A stretch of DNA of 64,000 nt from Candidatus Kapaibacterium sp. (GTDB lineage: Bacteria > Bacteroidota > Ignavibacteria > Kapaibacteriales > UBA2268): positions 1,728,001 to 1,792,000 of the forward strand of contig OY762428.1 of assembly GCA_963665665.1 (NCBI GenBank), written 5' to 3'. The notes beneath the pieces are model-generated. The model was not told the DNA's origin, ran no database searches, and was given only the letters and a program-made list of their open reading frames with translations. Shown here in pieces: positions 18,648 through 27,291 of this stretch (position 1 is the stretch's first letter; each line of letters opens with the position of its first letter). The position numbers were made by a program, and so were the translations under genes.

Positions 18648-20414
18648 ATGAAAAAAAGCGGAATAGTTCTCGGAAAGGACAATAATGGCAATGATGTATT
18701 CATGCCTGCCAAAACCAGGTCAACGCACATGCACGTGATAGGATCCACGGGAACGGGAAAATCAAAATTTTTCGAGAGCATGATAAGGCAGGATATATTA
18801 AACCGCCAGGGGCTTTGCCTTATAGACCCTCACGGTTATCTTTTCCATGACATAATAAGGTGGTGCGAGACCATGGGCCTGAGGAACGGCAGGCTTGCAA
18901 AGAACATTGTTTTGCTGGATCCGTCTGCCGACGGATGGGCCTTCGGTTTTAATCCGCTTCGCGGAGGAAGCTGCGAGATAAGCTATCACGTGGATACTAT
19001 GGTAAAAGCCGTAAGCAAGGTATGGGGAGGAGAGAACTCCGACAGGACGCCGCTTCTTAAAAGAGCTTTAAGAAGCATCTTTCACGTTCTTGCCGAGAAC
19101 GAGCTTTCATTGCTCGAGGGGAGGTTTTTAATCGATCCCGTACATGCGGAAACAAGAAAGAAACTGACGGAAAACATCAGCGACCCGGTAATAAAACAGC
19201 AGTGGGATTATTTTAACGAGCTTAAGCCCAAGCCTTTTTACGACGAGTTTGGCTCGACCATTAACAGGCTCATGGAATTTTTTTCATCTCCCCTTATACG
19301 GGCAATGATAGGGCAGACCGAAAAAGTCATAGACTTTCGGTCAGTAATGGACGAGGGAAAGGTAGTCCTTGTAAACCTGTCGTCCTCCGACCGCGTTTCC
19401 CCGGACAATGCCCGTCTGCTCGGCTCTCTGATTGTTAACGACCTTTTTATGAGGGCTATGGGAAGGCCCGAGGGAAGCAGGCCTTTTTATTTGTACATTG
19501 ACGAGTGCAGCCTTTTTGTAAACGAGGATATAGAGCGCATACTCAACGAGGGACGTAAGTTCGGCCTTCACCTTATCCTTGCCCACCAGCAGCTTAAGCA
19601 GTTAAAGAAACAGGCCGGGGAGGGCGTCTATGACGCCGTTATGGGAAGCGCAAAGACAAAGGTGATATTCGGAGGGCTGTCTTATGAAGACGCCGAGGTC
19701 ATGGCCAACCAGGTATTCCTCGGTGAGATAGACCTCGAGGAGGGTAAGAAATCCCTTCGCAGGAAAGCCGTCACTGGCCAGGTAAGGATATGGATGAAAA
19801 GCATGTCTGAGGGTGAGAGTGAAAGCACGGGCAGGGGGGAGGCAGACTCCTGGTCGGAGACGGAGACGACAAGCACAGGGGATTCTTCTTCTGCATCATT
19901 GACTTTCCATGAATCGGGCCTTGTAAGAAGCCAGGGAAGCGGCATGAGCAGCGGGGAGAGCTTTTCCACGTCAAGCTCAAAGAGCGTCAGCAGTTTTAGT
20001 TCCGAGGGGAAAAACAGGAGTAATGGCATAAGAGAGAGTTTTCAGAATGTATATACCGAGCAGGAGGGAGGCCTGTTTTCTTTAGAGGAGCAGAGGTATA
20101 AGAAGATGGCGGTAATGGTAAACCAGGAGCCGAGGCAGGCGGTGGTAAAACTGCCTGCAAAGAGGAGTAATGTCATAGAAACGCCTTTTGTAAGGGAGGG
20201 CATAGCAAGGCGTGAGAGGGTGGAAAGATTTAAGCGCGAATGCTTCGGGAGCGAGGATTTTGCCATGACGCGAAAGGACGCTGAAAGGCTTATTGACGAG
20301 AGGCATGGCAGGCTTACAGCCGGGGAAGCGCCGGAAAACGAGGAGGAAATCACCGGGCTGACGGATTTTGAGATAGTGGACGATATTCCGGATAGCTGGA
20401 AAGATCTGAAATAA
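18648..20414 (+). CDS. VirD4/TraD/TrwB-like type IV coupling ATPase without N-terminal TM
   Basis: THMHVIGSTGTGKS, LIDPHG, FNPL, LYIDE, EGRKFGLHLILAHQ; Ser/Thr-rich insertion. Confidence 0.85.
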   Translation: MKKSGIVLGKDNNGNDVFMPAKTRSTHMHVIGSTGTGKSKFFESMIRQDILNRQGLCLIDPHGYLFHDIIRWCETMGLRNGRLAKNIVLLDPSADGWAFGFNPLRGGSCEISYHVDTMVKAVSKVWGGENSDRTPLLKRALRSIFHVLAENELSLLEGRFLIDPVHAETRKKLTENISDPVIKQQWDYFNELKPKPFYDEFGSTINRLMEFFSSPLIRAMIGQTEKVIDFRSVMDEGKVVLVNLSSSDRVSPDNARLLGSLIVNDLFMRAMGRPEGSRPFYLYIDECSLFVNEDIERILNEGRKFGLHLILAHQQLKQLKKQAGEGVYDAVMGSAKTKVIFGGLSYEDAEVMANQVFLGEIDLEEGKKSLRRKAVTGQVRIWMKSMSEGESESTGRGEADSWSETETTSTGDSSSASLTFHESGLVRSQGSGMSSGESFSTSSSKSVSSFSSEGKNRSNGIRESFQNVYTEQEGGLFSLEEQRYKKMAVMVNQEPRQAVVKLPAKRSNVIETPFVREGIARRERVERFKRECFGSEDFAMTRKDAERLIDERHGRLTAGEAPENEEEITGLTDFEIVDDIPDSWKDLK

Positions 20415-20465
20415 TGTATTATAATTTAATTGTTATTTATAATATTTTATTTATTAATAATATTT

Positions 20466-21407
20466 ATGGCGGAAAGAAGAAGAAAAAAATTTAAGCCGGA
20501 TCCATCTGTATCCTTCCAGTTGCAGGAAAGGGACGTTGACATTATTCACGACGTTTATACTCACCGCTTCTTAGACACTTCCCTTATCACTCTCAAGACG
20601 GGCGCAAGCCGCCAGGCAGTGCAACGCCGCCTTAACAAGCTCTATCATAATGGCTACCTGTCCCGTCCCGGAACGCAGAGGACGCGCCAGGGAAACAACA
20701 GCATGGTCTATGCCCTCGGCAACGAGGGGGCGCGCCTGCTTGCCCGGCGCTATGACTATGACATAGAGCGTCAGAACTGGGCGTGTAAGAACAGGGAGAG
20801 CAAGAACGACTATCTTGACCACAGCCTTATGACGGCGCGTTTTCTTATCCTTGCCGAAGTGTTTTGTAAGACATACGCCAATAAGATTGATTTTATTCCC
20901 GCCCGTGAAATGATAAGCAAAAGGCCCGTTCCGGCTAAGGAGAGGTTTAACCCCCTGTCCTGGAGAGTGGAGGGAAAGGCTTTTCCGGAGTACAAGGGTT
21001 CTGTCGTTCCCGACGGAGCCTTCGGGCTTAAGTATGCCCTGAAGGACGGCAGGAAGATGGAGAAGTATTTTTTTATCGAGGCAGACCGTTCCACAATGCC
21101 TGTTAAGAGGAATAACCTTAACAGGTCTTCATATTTTAAAAAGCTTATTGCCTATTGGGAAAGCTTTGACCAGGGACTTTTTGAAAAGTACTGGGGTTTT
21201 AAGTCAGCAAGAGTCCTGACCCTTACCCTGTCTGTCGAGCGTTCCCGCAATATCCAGGCTGCCTGCCGGGAGCTTGACAGGAAAGGCCGCGGCCTGGGGC
21301 TTTTCCTCTTTGCTCCCGAAGCGGTCTTCAGGCATGAAGATGTTAAGACCTTTATAGGAAGGAACTGGATATCAGGTGCAGGGAAACAGGTCTCGGTCGT
21401 GGAGTGA
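20466..21407 (+). CDS. Replication-relaxation (Replic_Relax/MOBC-like) relaxase
   Basis: N-terminal wHTH (LQERD..I...HRFL...RRLNKLY..GYL), LDHSL, VPDGAF, FFIEADRSTM, KKL.AY. Confidence 0.85.
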   Translation: MAERRRKKFKPDPSVSFQLQERDVDIIHDVYTHRFLDTSLITLKTGASRQAVQRRLNKLYHNGYLSRPGTQRTRQGNNSMVYALGNEGARLLARRYDYDIERQNWACKNRESKNDYLDHSLMTARFLILAEVFCKTYANKIDFIPAREMISKRPVPAKERFNPLSWRVEGKAFPEYKGSVVPDGAFGLKYALKDGRKMEKYFFIEADRSTMPVKRNNLNRSSYFKKLIAYWESFDQGLFEKYWGFKSARVLTLTLSVERSRNIQAACRELDRKGRGLGLFLFAPEAVFRHEDVKTFIGRNWISGAGKQVSVVE

Positions 21408-21561
21408 ATATTTGCCTGAAGCGCTATGTTCCTGCTTTTCCTTTGCTCCTGTTAAGACATATTTTGCTTTTATCATGCTGAAATTTGATATGATTTTGAG
21501 TTGTAAGTTGTAATTCCGGCCTGTTTCTGACCGTTTATGGCTATGCACATATATGTAACAT

Positions 21562-21638
21562 TAATTGCACTGTTATTGCACTGTTATTGCACTGTTATTG
21601 CACCGTTATTGCACCGTTATTGCACTGTTATTGCACTG
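21562..21638. repeat. Seven tandem 11-bp repeats (TTATTGCACYG)
   Basis: Read directly from the sequence, downstream of the relaxase gene. Confidence 0.9.
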
Positions 21639-21898
21639 GTTGTTCTTTGTCTGTGTCGTGATATGTATCCGGTATTTGACAATCACTGAACAATCACTGC
21701 AAACAGTATCGCATAGCAGAAAACAGGCAGATTAATACAATGCAAAAGGCAATAAACAAGCAAATAATTGTTTCCCGGATCAATATGGAGCATCAATATA
21801 CGATCAGACAAGTACCCGAAAACATCAATTTTTTACATTTTTTAATTATGTGCGGGCTAATTTTGTAAGCTGTCGCAACCATGTACCGCCGGGCGTAA

Positions 21899-22138
21899 TT
21901 ATCGTTTGTTTTTCCATTCTTCCGGTTTATAATCCAGGTTGATGAATTCCTCTGCTTTTTCTTTATTGAAACTGTAGAGCTTAGAATATCCTTTGTCACC
22001 GACGGGCCTTGTGCCGCTTACAAGCATCCACGAAGGCTTATATTCTTCTATCCATGCCATTTCCTCGTCGGTAAACAGGTTGTTATTCCGGCAAAGGCTG
22101 CATTTTCTTTTAAACTTATTGAATTCTCTTATGTTCAT
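21899..22138 (-). CDS. Small hypothetical protein with a CxxC motif
   Basis: ORF MNIREF...KCSLC...; no family recognised. Confidence 0.4.
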   Translation of the reverse strand: MNIREFNKFKRKCSLCRNNNLFTDEEMAWIEEYKPSWMLVSGTRPVGDKGYSKLYSFNKEKAEEFINLDYKPEEWKNKR

Positions 22139-22593
22139 AGATAAAAACCCTGTAAAATATAATGTCATTAACGTTTGAAAGAAATATTATTGAATAATAA
22201 CAATCGAAAATATGCTTTTGTTTCAGATAGTAATTGAATGATTGTATTAATTATCAACAGAATATATTTAAGGCATTGAAAAATATTCCTTAATGTTATA
22301 TAATTTTCATGCCGCGCGCCGCCGATGCCACGCCGGATAAAAAACACCTACCAGGGGGCTGCCTTAGGACAGGGGCGGCCCCGAATAAAAGTTTTTTCCA
22401 ATAAGCGGCGGCTCTCCCTGACGGGTTCCCTGCCAAAAAAAAAGGCGGGAGGGTAGCCGGGCTTATCCGCTCCTTGACGAACCCGCCTGTATAATGGGCG
22501 ATAGGCCGGTATCACCACTAAAAGGCCGCGGCAAAAAGAAAAACGGCATCCTGCATCAAAATAATGCGGGGCGCCGTTTTAATTGCCCGGAAA

Positions 22594-23547
22594 TCATATT
22601 CGGAGCAACTTTTTAATATCCTCATCTTTTAAAAGGTGAGGTTTTTTTGCGTAAGGCATTGGCGTTATCGCCCTGACAAAGAAATGCTCCGAGAGCTCCT
22701 GCGTCCACTGTTTTCGGGCTTTAAGTCCGGGTTCGTCGTGATCGGCTATAATTAGAACTCTTGCCGAGGGGCTCAAAACAGCCCTCAGGAGGCTTTTTTG
22801 TTCAATTGCAAGGTTTGTACCCATCAGAGCCGCAACGTCCCTGTATCCCGCCCTGGCGAGCCTCAGGACGGACATAAAGCTCTCTGTGAGGATCAGTTTT
22901 TCGGCTCCGTCTTTGATCTTATGGATGTTATAGATTTCCGCATTCTTTTTAAAGCCCTCAGGAAACTTGTATTTTCCTTCCAGTTCGGCCTGCTCACGTG
23001 TCACGGCCCTGCCGCAGTAAGCGACAAGCTCGCCTTTCCTGTTTCTTATCGGTATGACAATTCTGCCGGACATAAGGCCTTTATTGCAGAAACCAAGCCC
23101 AAACTCCCTGATGATATTTTTGGGTATTCCTCTTTCGCTAAAGAATGGATGTTTATTGTCTAAGTTTTTCAGTTCGAATGTCAGGGGCTCGTTAGAGCTT
23201 GTTTCCGCTTTTTCTTCACTGGTTTGAGTATTGTCCTCCTGTGGCGCATTCATGAACCATCCCTGCAGGAGCAGGGCAGCTTCATGAAAGCTTATTCTTT
23301 CCATGTTCTTTACGAAGTCGATTACGTTGCCGCCGCCCTTACACTTGCCGAAGCAATTGTATATTCCTTTGTCAATGTTTACGGAGAACTGCCTGTCATT
23401 GCTTCCCCCGTGTACGGGGCAGCAACCGGTCAGGTTTTGTCCTGATTTTTTTAACTTTTCAAGGAGGCCGTAGCGGGAGAGAACATCCCTAAAGTTTACG
23501 GTCGCTTTTAGCTCGCGGTAGTCAACCCATTGTTTCTTTTCTGTCAT
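22594..23547 (-). CDS. CHC2 zinc-finger/Toprim DnaG-like primase
   Basis: CPVH...FSVN...YNCFGKC, GRIVIPIRN..GELVAYCGR, GKYK, VAALMG, IADHD. Confidence 0.85.
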   Translation of the reverse strand: MTEKKQWVDYRELKATVNFRDVLSRYGLLEKLKKSGQNLTGCCPVHGGSNDRQFSVNIDKGIYNCFGKCKGGGNVIDFVKNMERISFHEAALLLQGWFMNAPQEDNTQTSEEKAETSSNEPLTFELKNLDNKHPFFSERGIPKNIIREFGLGFCNKGLMSGRIVIPIRNRKGELVAYCGRAVTREQAELEGKYKFPEGFKKNAEIYNIHKIKDGAEKLILTESFMSVLRLARAGYRDVAALMGTNLAIEQKSLLRAVLSPSARVLIIADHDEPGLKARKQWTQELSEHFFVRAITPMPYAKKPHLLKDEDIKKLLRI

Positions 23548-23624
23548 GATTATGCCTTTCTTTTTTTTAAAGGAACTTTTTTCTTTAATACTAGCCCGGT
23601 AAGTGATTTTAGTAAAGGGCAGGC

Positions 23625-23738
23625 CTTCAGGCTGATAATGCATTTTAGCGTCAGCTTAGCCATGTCAACCTCGTACAAGTCTCCAAATTGACAAAGGCCA
23701 CAGCGATCAGCCGCTTTGTATGTCTTATCATCCTGAAG
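23625..23738 (+). promoter_or_regulatory. Hairpin element with TTGACA in the stem (copy 1); putative ssDNA promoter or CUP-like element
   Basis: The 23652-23715 core is repeated at 24231-24295. TGTCAA...TTGACA inverted repeat; outer arms CTTCAGGCTGATAA / TTATCATCCTGAAG. Confidence 0.55.
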
Positions 23739-23792
23739 CTCAGAGCGCCGTTTCAGTCATGATTTTTTAATTAAAGGCGTTCAAAAAAAAAT

Positions 23793-24101
23793 ATGAGTAA
23801 TCTTAAAAATTACTTTCCGGGAGTTTTTATCACTACCGGAATACATGAACTTGCGCGATCAAAGGAATGTTTCTGGCTCCTTGACCTTATCGTGTCTTAC
23901 CAGGCACATCCCGTTGTCGGTAAAGAACCATTTCAGTCTTACAGGCTAAAGGTCAATCCGGACGAATCCGCAACGCTTACCGTTACCGACGGCAATGACA
24001 ATGTCCTTGCCGAAAGGAAAATACCCTGGACTGATTTTGCGGGTTCTGCGCTTACCGTCTGGTGCGTTGATAAAATCATTTTGTTGCCTTCTGAATACTG
24101 A
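23793..24101 (+). CDS. DUF6876-like protein of mobile elements
   Basis: CFWLLDLI.SYQ, FQ...L.V, TDGND, IPWTDF, LLPSEY. Confidence 0.75.
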   Translation: MSNLKNYFPGVFITTGIHELARSKECFWLLDLIVSYQAHPVVGKEPFQSYRLKVNPDESATLTVTDGNDNVLAERKIPWTDFAGSALTVWCVDKIILLPSEY

Positions 24102-24208
24102 AGGCAACATTTTCTTTTTTTTATAAAGGCAGCTCAATGGAGCTTTTTGTTAATTATTCCGGGGAGCGCAAGTCTTTACTTTATGCTTTTATAACCCCTT
24201 TTGTGCCC

Positions 24209-24314
24209 GTCGGAATCCTCATTATAGCGGCAGCTTAACCGTGTCAACCTCGTACGGAGTCTCCAAATTGACAAAGGCCAGAGCGATCAGCCGCTGTATT
24301 CGGGGCTTGCCGAC
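24209..24314 (+). promoter_or_regulatory. Hairpin element with TTGACA in the stem (copy 2)
   Basis: Near-identical core to 23652-23715 with different but complementary outer arms. Confidence 0.55.
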
Positions 24315-24375
24315 AGGTAACAAACACGGCGTTACCGGCAGGCGGATATAAATAAAAGCCGTGAACAATAACTTT

Positions 24376-24488
24376 ATGAACAAAGTTCAAAAAGAGAAGC
24401 ATGAAAATGTTTCCGAAGCAAAACAGGATTTTCTGAAAAAACAGGAGATCATCAGAAAGCAGATCAAAGCCCGATGGGGCGAAAGGGA
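24376..24488 (+). pseudogene. 5' fragment of a gene truncated by IS copy 2
   Basis: MNKVQKEKHENVSEAKQDFLKKQEIIRKQIKARWGER reads into the IS left end. Confidence 0.5.
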
Positions 24489-24565
24489 TGAACGGCTTCC
24501 TTTAAAAAAAACAGCGATTTAAGGTGAAATAATCTTAACTTGCAAAAAATCAAAAGGAGCATCAA

Positions 24566-24853
24566 ATGGCAAACAAACGAAGAAATTACAGTTCAAAATT
24601 CAAAATGCAGGTAGCCCTGGAGGCAGTCCAAGAGAGAAAAACAATAACCGAGCTGGCATCGGAGTACGGGGTTCATCCAAACCAGATAAGCATGTGGAAA
24701 AAGCATTTAAAAGAAAGTGAAAAGGAAGTATTTGAAAACAAGCGTGGGCCAGGGAAGAATAAAAAAGAAAAAGACGAATCAGTATTATATGAAGAAATAG
24801 GCCGGCTAAAAATTGAATTAGACTGGTTAAAAAAAAAATTGGGACGTGAGTAA
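24566..24853 (+). CDS. IS3 transposase OrfA
   Basis: Identical protein to copy 1. Confidence 0.95.
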   Translation: MANKRRNYSSKFKMQVALEAVQERKTITELASEYGVHPNQISMWKKHLKESEKEVFENKRGPGKNKKEKDESVLYEEIGRLKIELDWLKKKLGRE

Positions 24854-25691
24854 AGAAGAACGCAGGAAGATGGTAGATGCTGATAATAAAGAAATTAGCA
24901 TAAGCCGGCAGTGCGAGCTTTTGGGTATTAGCAGGAGCTGTTATTATTACAAACCCAAGGGTGAAAGTGAAGCAAATATTCTATATATGAAGCTGATCAA
25001 AGAACAATTCGCGATTACTCCATTTTATGGAGCCAGAAAAATGACAGCACACTTACGTTCTTTGGGATACCATGTTAACTATAAACGAATCAGGCGATTA
25101 ATGAAATTATTGGGACTTCGGGCAATATATCCCCAACCGGACACGAGCAAACCGAACAAGGAGCACAAAATTTATCCATACCTGTTGAGGGATATGAAAA
25201 TAAGTCGTCCGGATCAGGTTTGGAGCCTGGATATAACATATATTCCGATGCGTAAAGGATTTATGTATCTTATAGCAATTATAGATGTTTATAGCAGGTA
25301 TATCGTCGACTGGGAATTATCGAATAACCTTGAGAAGGAGTTCTGCATAGATACAATAAAAAGGTCTTTGAAAACCAGGAAACCGGAAATAACAAACACG
25401 GATCAGGGCAGTCAGTTCACGAGCAATGATTTTGTGAAAACGATTCTGGATGCTGATGTTAAGGTAAGCATGGACGGCAAGGGCCGCGCCTTGGACAATG
25501 TTTACATAGAACGCTTCTGGCGGAGCTTTAAATACGAAGACCTGTATCTGAAGTCTTACGAAGACGGAAAAGAGCTCTATGGCGGTATAAAGGCTTATGT
25601 CGATTGGTATAACAACACGAGGCCGCACGCAGGAATTGAATACCAGATTCCGGCTGAAAAATATATGAACGAACAGCGGTTCGTTAATTGA
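24846..25691 (+). CDS. IS3 transposase OrfB
   Basis: Identical protein to copy 1. Confidence 0.95.
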   Translation: MSKEERRKMVDADNKEISISRQCELLGISRSCYYYKPKGESEANILYMKLIKEQFAITPFYGARKMTAHLRSLGYHVNYKRIRRLMKLLGLRAIYPQPDTSKPNKEHKIYPYLLRDMKISRPDQVWSLDITYIPMRKGFMYLIAIIDVYSRYIVDWELSNNLEKEFCIDTIKRSLKTRKPEITNTDQGSQFTSNDFVKTILDADVKVSMDGKGRALDNVYIERFWRSFKYEDLYLKSYEDGKELYGGIKAYVDWYNNTRPHAGIEYQIPAEKYMNEQRFVN

Positions 25692-25931
25692 AAACTTTGT
25701 TGGAAAAGTGAAAAAATGCAATCCGGTAAGCAATTGATAAAAAAAGAAATAGAAAGGAGAGTGAAAGTTATCCACAATTTCCAGGTTGTTAACAAAAAGA
25801 AAAAAAAGTAGCAAAAAAAAGAAAAATTAATATTATTACATATTTTTTTCTTATTTTATTAGAGAAGAAGTATAGATTAATAAACACCATAAACTATACT
25901 TTTATTTGTCTAAGCAATAGGGAGCATTTCA

Positions 25932-26040
25932 CTCAGCAGATCTGTGGAATTTCATTACAAAAGATAATTTAACAGCAGAAGATTCTTTTGGATTTACAAC
26001 ACCAAGGAGCCTATCAAAATCAATTAGAAAAAAAGATTAG
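25932..26040 (+). pseudogene. 3' fragment of a gene cut by IS copy 2
   Basis: Open frame SADLWNFITKDNLTAEDSFGFTTPRSLSKSIRKKD* ending 16 nt before the next ORF. Confidence 0.4.
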
Positions 26041-26056
26041 AAAAGGATAATCGAAA

Positions 26057-26431
26057 ATGATATCAAAAAAAATTATATTTTGTATAATATTCATCATAGT
26101 AAATATGGCAAAATTAGCATCAACAGATAATCTTAATGAAGATTACATTGGTATTTGTAAAATATCAAAAGACACAATCAGAATTGATTATTTTAGTTCT
26201 GTGCATGGTATTTCAAAAGTTTGTACTAAAATTAACGGTGATACACTAAACCTTAATCTTTTAGTAAGAGTTGGCAAGAAGCAAGATAGTCATTTCATTA
26301 AAATAAATGAAAATATAAAAGTTATATCAACTGGAAATATTAAATATTATGTTAATGATTTGGATTCATGTGGACAATTATATGAGGGAATTGATGCAAT
26401 AGAATATCTAAAAAAGCAAAGAACTGAATAA
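26057..26431 (+). CDS. Small exported hypothetical protein (possible immunity protein)
   Basis: Signal-like N-terminus, AT-rich, RBS AAGGA. Confidence 0.55.
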   Translation: MISKKIIFCIIFIIVNMAKLASTDNLNEDYIGICKISKDTIRIDYFSSVHGISKVCTKINGDTLNLNLLVRVGKKQDSHFIKINENIKVISTGNIKYYVNDLDSCGQLYEGIDAIEYLKKQRTE

Positions 26432-26616
26432 TTTATTATCCACTTTATCCCCCCGCCCTTCGGGGCGGGGATATATAAAGATCAATAACTGATGTATCCT
26501 TAATCATAAGAAAAAAGAGTTAAGGAATGGAGGATTGTTAAGGTTAAATGTTAGAGTTAACATCCACTGCTAAATCATTGGTTATTTTAATTTACTAATT
26601 AATTTTGGAGGTTGCC

Positions 26617-27222
26617 ATGAAATCAGGCAAAGGAATTTTTATTGTTCTTGCAGTAATTTTGTTTTCGTATTTAAACATGCAGGCTGACTGTTATTATCCC
26701 TACCAGCAGTATTCATTCACCGGAAATTATGACGGTTGTGAATATATCTGCTACATTTGTTCAAAAACTGATTCGACATATCCGTTTGATCAGACATCAT
26801 ATATCGATAGGATCGAAGTTTTGAATATTAACTGTTCCGACATGTTTGAAGATCCCTTATTCTGGGAAGAAGTAAATGAGAATGTTCTGTTAACTTTAAT
26901 GAATGATGCAAGCTGGCCGCCCTGCAGTAATGAAACTTATGAGTTTCTTATAAAAAGCGCACGATGCTGGAAGATTATTCATGACCATGTCGATAATATG
27001 CTCACAATGAAAAATTGCGGGTATGATGCTTATTGCCTCAGTACTTATGAAGTATGTACCGATTATAACAAAAATCCGCCGGAAAACAAATGGACAATGA
27101 TTGGTAAATCAGTTATTAGTACTCCGGGATGTTCCGGAAACGGAGTTCCCGATTTACCTCCTTCGGGCAAAACCTGGAGTCAGGATTGGGAAACAGACTG
27201 CTTTATATTAGATTGCTATTAA
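26617..27222 (+). CDS. Secreted cysteine-rich protein
   Basis: GGAGG RBS, signal peptide, 13 Cys in the mature part. Confidence 0.7.
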   Translation: MKSGKGIFIVLAVILFSYLNMQADCYYPYQQYSFTGNYDGCEYICYICSKTDSTYPFDQTSYIDRIEVLNINCSDMFEDPLFWEEVNENVLLTLMNDASWPPCSNETYEFLIKSARCWKIIHDHVDNMLTMKNCGYDAYCLSTYEVCTDYNKNPPENKWTMIGKSVISTPGCSGNGVPDLPPSGKTWSQDWETDCFILDCY

Positions 27223-27291
27223 TTTATTAATTTTCGTCATCCATCCGTATATTTGTACGGATGGATGATTTATTATTATTTTGGTTAGACT

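Larger units (their letters stand above)
24489..25931 (+). mobile_element. IS3-family insertion sequence, copy 2
   Basis: Same ends and length as copy 1; flanks GGA and CTC give no target duplication. Confidence 0.95.

Noticed and set aside
9833-24488. Prophage
   Set aside because: Only terL is phage-like; the rep/primase block is plasmid-like and was inserted separately via the IS
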